The position numbers and the translations under genes are program-made. Positions 8,238 to 17,232 of a stretch of 36,977 nucleotides of DNA are shown here, one piece after another. Position 1 is the stretch's first letter; every line of letters starts with the position of its first letter. This DNA is from Verrucomicrobiota bacterium (GTDB taxonomy: Bacteria; Verrucomicrobiota; Verrucomicrobiia; Limisphaerales; CANJXF01): contig JBBQRQ010000049.1 in NCBI GenBank assembly GCA_038214755.1, forward strand, positions 1 through 36,977, written 5' to 3'. Below the pieces are notes generated by a model. The model worked only from the letters and a program-made list of their open reading frames with translations. It searched no databases and was not told where the DNA came from.

Positions 8238-9008
8238 TTATTTTCCACCGAAGAGCAGAATCGGTCCGAGTGTCAGCGCCGCCCAAATTGCATAAAGCCA
8301 CGCCGCCGATTTTAAAAAACTCGCGCCGGTCAATCTCGTCAGGCCAATCGACAAAACGGCGACATACCAGAGCGAGGTCAGGCTCAACGCCGAAAGAATC
8401 CGATGCACTTTGTTGGCGGCATCAAAATGGCCCACCAGCAAAGCCGGGCCGGGCGTCATAAAGATGTTGCCGTAAATGACCGCCAGCAACATCGCCGCGA
8501 CCGCTCCCAAAACACTGATCATCATGCTCACGCCAACTGCTTCGAGCGATCGCGTGTAATTCAAATCAGCATGAAATGCGTGCTTGCCCACCAACCAGAA
8601 AACCAGCGCGGTGAACAACAACGTGAGGACGTTCATTATAACCGCGGCCAGGCATCCCATGAGTTTCATAAATCCGGGACTCATGTATTTCTGCACGGTC
8701 GCGATGGTTTGATCGGCTTGTGCTTGAGTCATTTTCCCGGCGGCCACCATGTCTTGGAATTTTTTCTCCTGCGCTTCCTGCATCCGATGAATCACCGCGG
8801 GTTGGGAGAAGACGACGAGCGTGTAAACGATTCCTGCCAGCATCGCCGCGACGAGAGGAACGATCCAATTTGCGGAGTTGGGACGGCTGGATTTGATTTC
8901 ATCGAAAACTTCGTTGGGCGAAACGAAAATATTGGTCAGACGGCTTAGCAATGAAGTCGAGGGCGCTCCGGGTGTTTCCGAAGTCGGAGGTGGCGGTATT
9001 TCTTCCAT
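8238..9008 (-). CDS. Yip1-family membrane protein
   Basis: RLTNIFVSPNEVFDEIK...P.WIVPL N-terminal motif, about 5 TM segments, LW...LSIGL. Start placed at ATG 9008. Confidence 0.8.
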   Translation of the reverse strand: MEEIPPPPTSETPGAPSTSLLSRLTNIFVSPNEVFDEIKSSRPNSANWIVPLVAAMLAGIVYTLVVFSQPAVIHRMQEAQEKKFQDMVAAGKMTQAQADQTIATVQKYMSPGFMKLMGCLAAVIMNVLTLLFTALVFWLVGKHAFHADLNYTRSLEAVGVSMMISVLGAVAAMLLAVIYGNIFMTPGPALLVGHFDAANKVHRILSALSLTSLWYVAVLSIGLTRLTGASFLKSAAWLYAIWAALTLGPILLFGGK

Positions 9009-9091
9009 AAATTTTCTTGCGTCGAGATAACCATCGTCGAACAAGAAAGCGATAGTATTTGTTGGGTCGAATCTTTGGATTGAATGGGAAA

Positions 9092-10969
9092 TCAGGGTGT
9101 CCGATTGGTGGACTTTTTGGTAGCGACCCAAGACTTAATTCGCGTTTCCAGAGTTTCCAAAGGCAACGCGCCATTGCCCAGCACCTGGTCATGAAATTGG
9201 CGGACATCGAATTTGTTTCCAAGTTCGCGCGTGGCGTAGCTGCGCAGTTCTCTGATTTTTAGCTGGCCAATTTTGTAAGCCAGCGCCTGCCCCGGCCAAA
9301 CGATGTAACGATCCACCTCCACGATCACGTCATGTTCATTCTTGCTGGCGTTGGCGAGGAAGTAATCAATCGCCTGCTGCCGCGTCCAGCCCATCGAATG
9401 CATTCCGGTGTCCACCACCAGTCGAATGGCGCGCCACATTTCATAAGTGAGCTGGCCGAATTTCATGTAAGGGTCCTTGTAGAAACCCATCTCCGTCCCG
9501 AGACTTTCCGAATACAAACCCCAGCCTTCCACGAAGGCTGTGTAGCCGCCGTGCTTGCGAAAATCCGGCGCGTCTTCCATTTCCTGCGAGAGGGAAATTT
9601 GCAAATGATGTCCCGGCACCGCTTCGTGCAAAGTCAGCGCTTCCATCTCCCATTTTGGTCGGGTGTTCAGCGCGTAAGTGTTCGCAAAAAAATTGCCGGC
9701 TCGTCCGACTTCCGGCGAACCTTGTTGGTAATAAGCGGTCGTCTGAGATTTTTCCGCGTAGCTCGGAATCGGAACCACGCCATAAGGCAAGCGCGGCAAT
9801 TTGCCAAAAAGTTTTGCGAGTTCAGGATCGACGCGCTTGGCGATGTCGCGATAACCCCGCAGCAACTCCTCGGCGCTCGTGTAATAAAACTGCGGGTCTT
9901 TGCGAAGGAACATCAGAAATTCATCGAAGCTTCCTTTGAATCCAGATTGAGCAATCACTTTGTCCATTTCGGCGCGAATGCGTTTCACCTCGGAAAGACC
10001 CAGCTCGTGAATTTCTCTTGGCGACATCCTCGTGGTCGTCACGGCGCGGACGTTGTAGGCGTACCAGGCTTTGCCGTCGGGGAGATCGGATATGGCGATG
10101 CCTTCGCGCGCGCCGGGCAAATATTTTAAAACAAGAAACTCGTGCAATTTGCCAAATGCCGGAATGACTTTTTCTTTCAACGCGGTCGCTGCTTCCTTTC
10201 GCAATCTCTCTCGCTCGCTTTCAGGAATTTCCGCGGGAAATTCTAAAAAAGGTTTCAGCAAAGAATTTTTTTTCGGATCGTCCTCCATTTGATTCTTCAC
10301 CTGCTGCGGAACATCCCGCAACGTGATGCGTGGCGGCGTGATGCCACTTTCCAAACCTTTATTCAGCAAAACCAAAGTTTGATCGATGAGACGAGGAAGC
10401 GTGTTGAGACGCGCGAGAATATTTTCGTAATCTTTCACGGAAGCGCGCGGAGAAATCTCCAACATGCGGGCGGCGTCCTGCTGAATTCCGTCCAGTTGCG
10501 AGAGCTGAAGGTAGTCGCCTTTAAAACGCGTCCCTTCGATCGCCATCTCCTGATTGCGCTGGAAGAGGTCGAAGTTCAATTGATCCAGCGCGCTCAACTT
10601 GTCGCGATGAATGGATCGAATCACATATAGCGGCGCATTTAATTCCCGCTTGCGTCGCTCGATTACCTCCATCGAAATATCTGACCAACGATCGTTTTGG
10701 CCCGGATAACCGACGCTCGTCGCAAATTCCGGGCTTTCGAGCATCGTGTAATCCCAATGCAATTTCAGCAAATCCCGAAGACGTTCGGTAGCGTTTTGCG
10801 TGCTCGTGGCGAGCTTCGCGCAATCATTCTCAAAAGCCGTTTGCGCGAGCGTGGAAAAATTTAACGCGAGCAAACCGATTGAAAAAACGACGAACTTAAA
10901 TTTGGTGAGCGAAAGGTAATGGGCACCCCTTGATACTGCTACACGCGGTTCGATTAGTGGGGCAGACAT
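9092..10969 (-). CDS. DUF885 family secreted protein (putative metallopeptidase fold)
   Basis: LTLHEAVPGHHLQ, AFVEGWGLYSE, WRAIRLVVDTGMH, EVDRYIVWPGQALAYKIG and a signal-peptide-like segment ending STLA-Q. Start uncertain: the nearest in-frame ATG (10969) lies inside a repeat. Confidence 0.9.
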   Translation of the reverse strand: MSAPLIEPRVAVSRGAHYLSLTKFKFVVFSIGLLALNFSTLAQTAFENDCAKLATSTQNATERLRDLLKLHWDYTMLESPEFATSVGYPGQNDRWSDISMEVIERRKRELNAPLYVIRSIHRDKLSALDQLNFDLFQRNQEMAIEGTRFKGDYLQLSQLDGIQQDAARMLEISPRASVKDYENILARLNTLPRLIDQTLVLLNKGLESGITPPRITLRDVPQQVKNQMEDDPKKNSLLKPFLEFPAEIPESERERLRKEAATALKEKVIPAFGKLHEFLVLKYLPGAREGIAISDLPDGKAWYAYNVRAVTTTRMSPREIHELGLSEVKRIRAEMDKVIAQSGFKGSFDEFLMFLRKDPQFYYTSAEELLRGYRDIAKRVDPELAKLFGKLPRLPYGVVPIPSYAEKSQTTAYYQQGSPEVGRAGNFFANTYALNTRPKWEMEALTLHEAVPGHHLQISLSQEMEDAPDFRKHGGYTAFVEGWGLYSESLGTEMGFYKDPYMKFGQLTYEMWRAIRLVVDTGMHSMGWTRQQAIDYFLANASKNEHDVIVEVDRYIVWPGQALAYKIGQLKIRELRSYATRELGNKFDVRQFHDQVLGNGALPLETLETRIKSWVATKKSTNRTP

Positions 10970-11280
10970 CCTGTCTGCCCAGCGGGCATCTTGCCCGCGA
11001 ACCGTGTCCTCGGGCTGGAAGCCCATTGGCAGACAGGATGTCTGCCCCACTATTTTGATTGCAGGGTCAAGATGCGCGCAAGGGTGATTCATATTTTTTG
11101 AGAGATTCGAATCTCGATTAGTGGGGCAGACATCCTGTCTGCCAATCGGGCCTCTTGCCTGCGAACCGTGTCCTCGGGCTGGAAGCCCATTGGCAGACAG
11201 GATGTCTGCCCCACTATTTTGGTTGCAGAGTAAAGATGCGCACAAGGGTGATTCATATTTTTTCAGAAATTCGAATCTCG
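10953..11280. repeat. Tandem duplication of a 164-bp unit, each containing a REPIN-like inverted pair
   Basis: Units 10953-11116 and 11117-11280; each has TAGTGGGGCAGACATCCTGTCTGCC...GGCAGACAGGATGTCTGCCCCACTA. Confidence 0.92.
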
Positions 11281-12263
11281 CGTTTGATTCGCGCTGATTC
11301 ATAACAGGCCGCCAGTAAAATCTGGCTGCGCAATCCGCGCAATGCTGATTCATCGGTGTCGCCGCCATCCAGAATTGCCTGGCTGAACGTTTCGATTTCA
11401 GCGCGATAAGTATTCACGGGTTTCGGAGAAATTTTTATCTCACCGCTTTGGAAAAAGCCGCGCATCTGCCCGCGTTTTCCCTGGCCGAGCGTGTTCTCCG
11501 CGAGAATGCTTCCTTGGGATCCGTAAAGTTCCAGGCGGTTTTTGCTGCCGACATCCGCCACACAAAAAAATGTATCCACCGTCGCCAGCGCGCCATTTTG
11601 AAATTTCGCGAGCACAACGCCGCTGTCTTCGGTGTCATATTTTTGAACGGTGCGATTCGCCATGCAATTGACCGCGACGATTTCGCCGAAAAACATTTCA
11701 AGCAAATCAAGGCAGTGCCCGGCCAAATCCATCAACGCGCCGCCGCCGCTGGATTTTTGAATTTGCCGCCACGCGCCGCGAATGGGCGGATACCAGAAGG
11801 CGAGTTGCGCCCGGGCAAAAACAGGTTGGCCAATTTTTCCATCGCGGACCAATCGCAGCGCCGCCTGGTGCTGACTGTGGTAACGCATCATGAACGCCGT
11901 GCCGAGATTGACGTTCGCTCTTTGGTAAACGGCGATCATTTTTTTCGCCTCAGCCACATTGATTCCGAGAGGCTTTTCGCAGAAGACGTGTTTGCCTGCG
12001 GCTGCGGCTTTGCGCGTCTGTGCGAGATGCACATCGTTCGGTGTGGCGATGTAAACAGCATCAACATCATCGCGCAGTAAATCTTCCAAACTGTTCGCCG
12101 CGCGGGCGCCGAATTTTTTTGCGACTGCCGCGTTGTTCGTCTTGTTGCGTGAATAAACGGCGGCCAGTTCTGCATTTTTTGCAGGCAAAATTCCTTCCGG
12201 AATGGTACGGCGCAGAGCGATGCCAGTTGAGCCGATCACGCCCCATCTGATTTTCTTTTTCAT
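11253..12263 (-). CDS. Gfo/Idh/MocA family oxidoreductase
   Basis: IRWGVIGSTGIA, DAVYIATPN, GKHVFCEKP and GGGALMDLAGH. Confidence 0.95.
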   Translation of the reverse strand: MKKKIRWGVIGSTGIALRRTIPEGILPAKNAELAAVYSRNKTNNAAVAKKFGARAANSLEDLLRDDVDAVYIATPNDVHLAQTRKAAAAGKHVFCEKPLGINVAEAKKMIAVYQRANVNLGTAFMMRYHSQHQAALRLVRDGKIGQPVFARAQLAFWYPPIRGAWRQIQKSSGGGALMDLAGHCLDLLEMFFGEIVAVNCMANRTVQKYDTEDSGVVLAKFQNGALATVDTFFCVADVGSKNRLELYGSQGSILAENTLGQGKRGQMRGFFQSGEIKISPKPVNTYRAEIETFSQAILDGGDTDESALRGLRSQILLAACYESARIKREIRISEKI

Positions 12264-12282
12264 TTGGATCTCGTTGCCTGAT

Positions 12283-12417
12283 CAAAACAACCAAACTTCA
12301 AACACGAAACACCAGAGAAAGCCCAACACTCAAACTCAATCAGAAACCGAATTCTCCTCTCTACCATTTGCGGATTTGAAGTTTTGTTGGTGTTTGGATT
12401 TTGGTTTTTGGTGTTTC
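12283..12417. repeat. Inverted heptamer-like arrays with no cargo ORF
   Basis: CAAACTTCAAACACGAAACACCA ... TTTGAAGTTTTGTTGGTGTTTGGATTTTGGTTTTTGGTGTTTC, abutting the DegT stop codon. Confidence 0.7.
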
Positions 12418-13690
12418 ACTTCGCGTAATGCCCAATCACCTTCACCAGTCCCTCCGCAATCTGCTCCATGTCCGAAACCGTGAACGTCGGAAACGCGAAG
12501 CAGGTGAAGGTATGTGTTTCGTGCCAACGCGCATTCGGCACATCCACTTGCGTGTAATCAACGCTTGATGGCGTCGCGTATTCTTTCGACTTGAATGGAA
12601 ATCCCGAACGCCCGAATGCATTTTGTTTTTGAAACGCAGCTTCGGTGTGGCACTGCGGCCAGAAAACTTTCCAGCACGGAATCCCCTCGGCGGCCGCAGC
12701 GGTGACGAATTGTTTTATGTCGCAACGCATCTCTTCAATGTTGAGTGAAAACGCGAGAACGAACCAACCGTTGCGCCGCTCGGGCGTGTCGATGGGACAA
12801 AATTTTATTTGCGGCAACGGTCGCAGAGCATCGATGAGAATTTTCGCGTTGCGTCGGCGAGTCGGCATGTTCCACGAATCCATCCGTTCAAGTTCAGCCA
12901 GGCCAATGGCCGATTGCATTTCGGTCATGCGATAATTCCAGCCGACCATGTTGTGGATGTAAGGAAGTTTTTGTTCCAACTCCAGCAGGTTCAATCGCTG
13001 TTTCACGTCGTAACCGTGATCGCGAAAACTTCGCGCCAGCCACGCCAAGTTTTCGTCATCAGTCGTAACCATTCCCCCTTCGCCCCCAGTGGTAAAAGTT
13101 TTATTCTGACAAAAACTACAGCCAGCCATGTCGCTGAGCGTGCCGGTTTTTTTTCCTTTGTATTCGCCGCCGAACGCCTCGGCGTTGTCCTCGATGACGA
13201 ACAGTTTGTGCCGCTTCGCGAACGCGCGGATTTTGTCCATGTCCGCGACGTTGCCGTAAAGATGGACGGGCATAATCGCTTTCGTGCGCTCGGTCACCAG
13301 TTTCTCCGCCGACTCGACGCTGATGCAATGATCCTCAAGATTTACATCGGCAAAACGGGGGATCGCTCCCGCTTGCACCACCGAAAAACTCGTCGCGATA
13401 AAAGTGTAGCTCGGCACGATCACTTCATCGCCCGGCCCGATCCCCAGCGCGACGAGAGAGACATGCAGGGCCGCAGTGCCAGTGGCGACGCTGATGGCGT
13501 ATTTGCTTCCCTGCCACTCGGCGAATTTTTTCTCAAACTCCATCCCACGTTTGCCGGTCCAATAATTGACCTTGCCGGAGCGAAGAACTTCCTCGACTGA
13601 CTTGATCGCTTTCTCATCAAACTGCGGCCAGGGAATAAGTTTGTTGCGAACGGCTTTCGCGCCGCCTTCGCTGGCGAGTTTGTCGAGCAT
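12416..13690 (-). CDS. DegT/DnrJ/EryC1/StrS PLP-dependent aminotransferase
   Basis: GTAALH, GIGPGDEVIVPSYTFIAT, PVHLYG, IEDNAEAFG, SFCQNKTFTTGGEGG (PLP Lys) and GWNYRMTEMQ. Confidence 0.95.
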   Translation of the reverse strand: MLDKLASEGGAKAVRNKLIPWPQFDEKAIKSVEEVLRSGKVNYWTGKRGMEFEKKFAEWQGSKYAISVATGTAALHVSLVALGIGPGDEVIVPSYTFIATSFSVVQAGAIPRFADVNLEDHCISVESAEKLVTERTKAIMPVHLYGNVADMDKIRAFAKRHKLFVIEDNAEAFGGEYKGKKTGTLSDMAGCSFCQNKTFTTGGEGGMVTTDDENLAWLARSFRDHGYDVKQRLNLLELEQKLPYIHNMVGWNYRMTEMQSAIGLAELERMDSWNMPTRRRNAKILIDALRPLPQIKFCPIDTPERRNGWFVLAFSLNIEEMRCDIKQFVTAAAAEGIPCWKVFWPQCHTEAAFQKQNAFGRSGFPFKSKEYATPSSVDYTQVDVPNARWHETHTFTCFAFPTFTVSDMEQIAEGLVKVIGHYAK

Positions 13691-13761
13691 GGAAATCGTT
13701 TAACTCTGCTGAGAAGTTTTAGTCAACGACTTCTTTCGGGGCAATAAAATCGAGAACATAG

Positions 13762-13791
13762 TTGACGCATCTGTCACCTATAGATTACACT
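13762..13791 (+). promoter_or_regulatory. Sigma70-like TA promoter with overlapping palindromic operator
   Basis: TTGACG-N18-TACACT; TGTCACCTATAGATTACA (13772-13789) is 14/18 palindromic. Confidence 0.7.
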
Positions 13792-13797
13792 GCGTCG

Positions 13798-14142
13798 GTG
13801 GTCGAGAAGGAAATCAAGAAGCTGGAACTTCAAAACGGACTCGTCCCGTTCGACGAATGGTTCGATTCTCTTCGCGATAAAAGAATGCAAGCGGCGGTGG
13901 ACGCTCGTTTGGTCCGAGTGCGCACTGGGAATTTCGGCGATAGCAAATTCGTTGGCAGCGGAGTGCATGAATTGCGGATTAATTTTGGTCCGGGTTTCCG
14001 CGTTTATTATGGGCTGCACGGGCAAGACGTGGTCGTTTTACTAGGCGGCGGCGATAAAAGCAGCCAACCGCGCGACATCCGCCGCGCGCAACAGTTATGG
14101 CAACAATTTACGAAATATGCGTCTGAAAAATTACAAAGATGA
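13798..14142 (+). CDS. Type II toxin, RelE/ParE superfamily (addiction module killer, HigB-like)
   Basis: PFDEWFDSLRD, GNFGDSKFVGSGVHELRINFGPGFRVYY and LLGGGDKSSQ. GTG start inferred. Confidence 0.92.
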   Translation: MVEKEIKKLELQNGLVPFDEWFDSLRDKRMQAAVDARLVRVRTGNFGDSKFVGSGVHELRINFGPGFRVYYGLHGQDVVVLLGGGDKSSQPRDIRRAQQLWQQFTKYASEKLQR

Positions 14143-14413
14143 TCTGCTCAAGCGGCTGCGCGATCCCAAATACGCCGCCGAATATCTCGCGCAAGTGCTG
14201 GCCCAAAAGGATAGCGAAGCCTTCCTCCTCGCACTCAAAGACGTGGTGGAAGCCAGCGGCGGCGTCGGCGGACTCGCCGGGCGCGTCGGGATCAAGAGGC
14301 CGAGCCTCTACAAAATTCTCTCGAAGCACGGCAACCCCACGCTGGAGACATTGCAGGAAATTTTAAAACCGTTGGGCTTGCGCGTTTCTGTGGCGTTGGA
14401 CAAAGCGGCTTGA
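14117..14413 (+). CDS. Antitoxin, HTH addiction-module antidote
   Basis: AAEYL, FLLALKDVVEASGG and GIKRPSLYKILSKHGNPTLETL HTH; overlaps the toxin 3' end (toxin-first order). Confidence 0.92.
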   Translation: MRLKNYKDDLLKRLRDPKYAAEYLAQVLAQKDSEAFLLALKDVVEASGGVGGLAGRVGIKRPSLYKILSKHGNPTLETLQEILKPLGLRVSVALDKAA

Positions 14414-14548
14414 GCTTTATGGTGTTTTTGAATTTTTGTCGCTCACTTTGACAAGAAACTTTGCGAGCGATCAAAGAGAATTAATCCAAAGAGCAGCACC
14501 AAGTTTTATTTTTCCCTTCTGCATAGCTGGAGTTGCCAAGTAAATTTT

Positions 14549-15943
14549 CTACGTTCCACTGAAATCAATCATCACCGGTTTTTCGCGAAAGCCGCGCGTT
14601 TTGATAGCGGTGTAAATGAGCCCAACCATGCACCAGATTCCGCCGACAATTTTCGCGGGGTTCGGGAGGCTCAACCAGATTCCCAAACAAAATAAAAATC
14701 CGAGCGTGGGCGAAATGAAATCGAGAAACCAATTCCGTTTGTGGCCGGGCGGCGGGCGAAAACAAAATTCGCGAATGACGGCGAGGTTCACTCCCATGAA
14801 CGCGAGGAATGCGCCAAAGTTCAGCAGTTCCGCCGCGCGTTCGTAGTTCAGCCAAAGCGCCCCCGCCAACGCGAGAATTCCGATGAGCCAGATGTTGAGG
14901 AACGGCGTATTTCGTTTTGGATCGAGACGCGCAAAAAATTTTGCGGGCAAGGCGTTGTCGCGACCCATCCCAAACAAAACGCGAGCAGCGCCTACCTGCC
15001 CGGCAATTCCACTGCCGAGACAAGCAATCGCGAGAATCACCGCCATCGCGTTGAAAAGAAATACTCCGCCAACGCGACGACAGACATCGAAAAAAGCCGT
15101 CTCGATATTTGGAAACGAGTTGTAGTCAGGCCAGACACGTTGCGCGAGATAGACCTGCAAGCCGCCGAAAATTCCAGTGAAAAGGCAGACGAGCACCGTG
15201 GCGAGCGGGACCGTGCGTTTCGGTTCCTTCACGTCTTCGGCCAGCGTCGTAATGCCGTCGAAACCAATGTAGGTCAGCGCGGCAAAAGATGTCGCCGTAA
15301 CGATTGCGCGAAAATCAAACGTGCGCGGATTGTAAAACGGCTCGGTCGAAAAAAGCCCCGCCGCACCTTGATGTAACCAAAGAAAACGAATTGCCTGAAA
15401 CAAAAAGATCACGATGACCACCGACATGACCACCAAAAGAATTTCGTTGGCTCGCGCCGTCCATTGAATGCCGAGCAAATTCACCAACGTGATCGCCGCC
15501 GCAAATAAAATGGCCCAGAGCACGAATGGAGTTCCGGGAAAAAGTCGTTGCAACGTAAGCGCGCCAAATACGACATTGACGACGGGGATGATCAGATAAT
15601 CGAGGAACATTGCCCAACCGGCGATGAACCCAAGGTGCGGATTTAGTCCACGACCCACGTAGGTGTAAGCGGAGCCAGCAGCCGGATAAAGCGCGGCCAT
15701 CCGCCCGTAACTGATGGCGGTAAAAAGCATCGCGACCATCGCGATCAAAAGCGTGGTGACGATGTGACCTTTCGACATTTGATTGGCGACGCCGAACGGG
15801 CCTGTCGCTGCGACGGGTTGAATGAGAATGATTCCGTAAAAAACCAAATCGCCCAGGCCGAGGACGCGGCGCAGGCGCGGAACTCCAGGAGGATTGAAAG
15901 AAGGTCCAGACGCGGGCGGCGGGGAATTTTTTTCCGGGGTCAT
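14549..15943 (-). CDS. APC family permease (PuuP/PlaP-like)
   Basis: LRRVLGLGDLVFYG, SYGRMAALYPAAGSAYTY, YIGFDGITTLAEDVKEP and about 12 TM segments. Confidence 0.93.
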   Translation of the reverse strand: MTPEKNSPPPASGPSFNPPGVPRLRRVLGLGDLVFYGIILIQPVAATGPFGVANQMSKGHIVTTLLIAMVAMLFTAISYGRMAALYPAAGSAYTYVGRGLNPHLGFIAGWAMFLDYLIIPVVNVVFGALTLQRLFPGTPFVLWAILFAAAITLVNLLGIQWTARANEILLVVMSVVIVIFLFQAIRFLWLHQGAAGLFSTEPFYNPRTFDFRAIVTATSFAALTYIGFDGITTLAEDVKEPKRTVPLATVLVCLFTGIFGGLQVYLAQRVWPDYNSFPNIETAFFDVCRRVGGVFLFNAMAVILAIACLGSGIAGQVGAARVLFGMGRDNALPAKFFARLDPKRNTPFLNIWLIGILALAGALWLNYERAAELLNFGAFLAFMGVNLAVIREFCFRPPPGHKRNWFLDFISPTLGFLFCLGIWLSLPNPAKIVGGIWCMVGLIYTAIKTRGFREKPVMIDFSGT

Positions 15944-16126
15944 GTTCAAACTGATTTATGCTGAGCGGAGATTTCCTGTCAACGATGGGAGAAAGTAGAA
16001 GTGTAATTCCAAGCGGCGGTCAAAAAGTGAGCGCAAGTGACCGCCGGTTTAAATCACACCGGGAAAGTAGAAGTGACAAGGGCCGCATCTTGCGGAGCGT
16101 CTGGCGCACAGACTGAGGCTCGAAAC

Positions 16127-16231
16127 GTAGCGCGCGCCTACGCCGCTTCAGCCCATGAGTAGAGAACGTTTCAATGAAGTCCCATATCATCCTGACCGGC
16201 GGATATTGAAGCGGCGTAAACGCCGCGCTCC
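16127..16231. repeat. GTAG/GGAG REP-like inverted pair
   Basis: GTAGCGCGCGCCTACGCCGCTTCA ... TGAAGCGGCGTAAACGCCGCGCTCC. Confidence 0.7.
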
Positions 16232-16265
16232 GTCCGCGTCAGCTCTTTAAAAAGTTATGCGACAT

Positions 16266-17141
16266 TTAGTTTAGCAACGAAACTCTGAGATCAACTTTGT
16301 TTCGCATTGGCAAAAGTTGATGAATCGATTTCTCGACCAGATTGATAACGTCGTCGGGCGTGGAAGTTCCCGCGGTGATCCCAATTCTTTCCGCCTGCTC
16401 GAACCATTCGATCTTCAAGTCAACGGCGCTTTGCACATGATGAACGCGTTCGCAAAAACGGTGGCAAGTCGCGACCAGTTCTTTGGTGTTGTTGCTGTTG
16501 GCGCCCCCGATCACCACGACGACCTCACATTGTTGGGCCAGTTCAATTGCGGCGGATTGACGTTGCTTGGTCGGTTGGCAAACCGTATCGATGAAACGCA
16601 CTTCGGAAAGAGTGAAAGTTTGCCGCAACACTTCAACCAGCCCACGGACTTTTTCAATCGGTTGAGTGGTTTGTGAGATCACTCCGAAACGCGCTCGCTC
16701 TCGCAAGCTGGCAATGTCGTCAATGCTAAGAACCACATCGCACTCGTCAAAATCTTCGGTCAGCCCGCGCACCTCGACGTGATCACGTTGGCCTATGACG
16801 ATCGGATGATAACCGAGTCCCACGAGTTTCTTGAGACTGAGATGGGCATGATGAACCAAAGGACAAGTTGCTTCCAAAATGGAGTGGCCCCGCTGCCGAA
16901 TATCCTTGAGCGCCCGTTCAGAAGCGCCGTGCGCCGATATCATGACAGTCGTCGTCGCCACAGCGGAAATGCGTTGCTCGGTTTTGACACCGCTGGCACG
17001 AAGATCGGCCAAAACGGTTTCGTTGTGAACCAACTCACCGAGGATGGTCAGCGGTTTTGTTTGCGCTTCGTTTTTGGCCAGCGCAATGGCATCGCGCACG
17101 CCAAAGCACATCCCCAGATGTTCCGCCCGGATAATTTTCAT
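16266..17141 (-). CDS. ispH: 4-hydroxy-3-methylbut-2-enyl diphosphate reductase
   Basis: GMCFGV, LVHN, SAHG, ATCPLV, HVEVRG, SQTTQ, DTVCQPT, SNNT and GITAGTSTPD; all three Fe-S Cys present. Confidence 0.96.
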   Translation of the reverse strand: MKIIRAEHLGMCFGVRDAIALAKNEAQTKPLTILGELVHNETVLADLRASGVKTEQRISAVATTTVMISAHGASERALKDIRQRGHSILEATCPLVHHAHLSLKKLVGLGYHPIVIGQRDHVEVRGLTEDFDECDVVLSIDDIASLRERARFGVISQTTQPIEKVRGLVEVLRQTFTLSEVRFIDTVCQPTKQRQSAAIELAQQCEVVVVIGGANSNNTKELVATCHRFCERVHHVQSAVDLKIEWFEQAERIGITAGTSTPDDVINLVEKSIHQLLPMRNKVDLRVSLLN

Positions 17142-17172
17142 GGAATCATAAATCAAAATTTACCACTGACAA

Positions 17173-17189
17173 ACTTTGCCCTACAAAGT
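17173..17189. promoter_or_regulatory. Putative operator ACTTTG-N5-CAAAGT upstream of ispH
   Basis: ACTTTGCCCTACAAAGT, about 30 bp upstream of the ispH ATG; same motif at 18183. Confidence 0.7.
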
Positions 17190-17232
17190 GAATGACTACA
17201 CATCTCGGGAGTTCGTTCAAATCATCGGAAAT

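Noticed and set aside
10953..11280. Possible mini-CRISPR
   Set aside because: The 25-bp repeats alternate in orientation and the intervening sequences are copies of each other.
10970..11368. Long N-terminal extension of DUF885
   Set aside because: It runs through the tandem repeat and overlaps the oxidoreductase gene.
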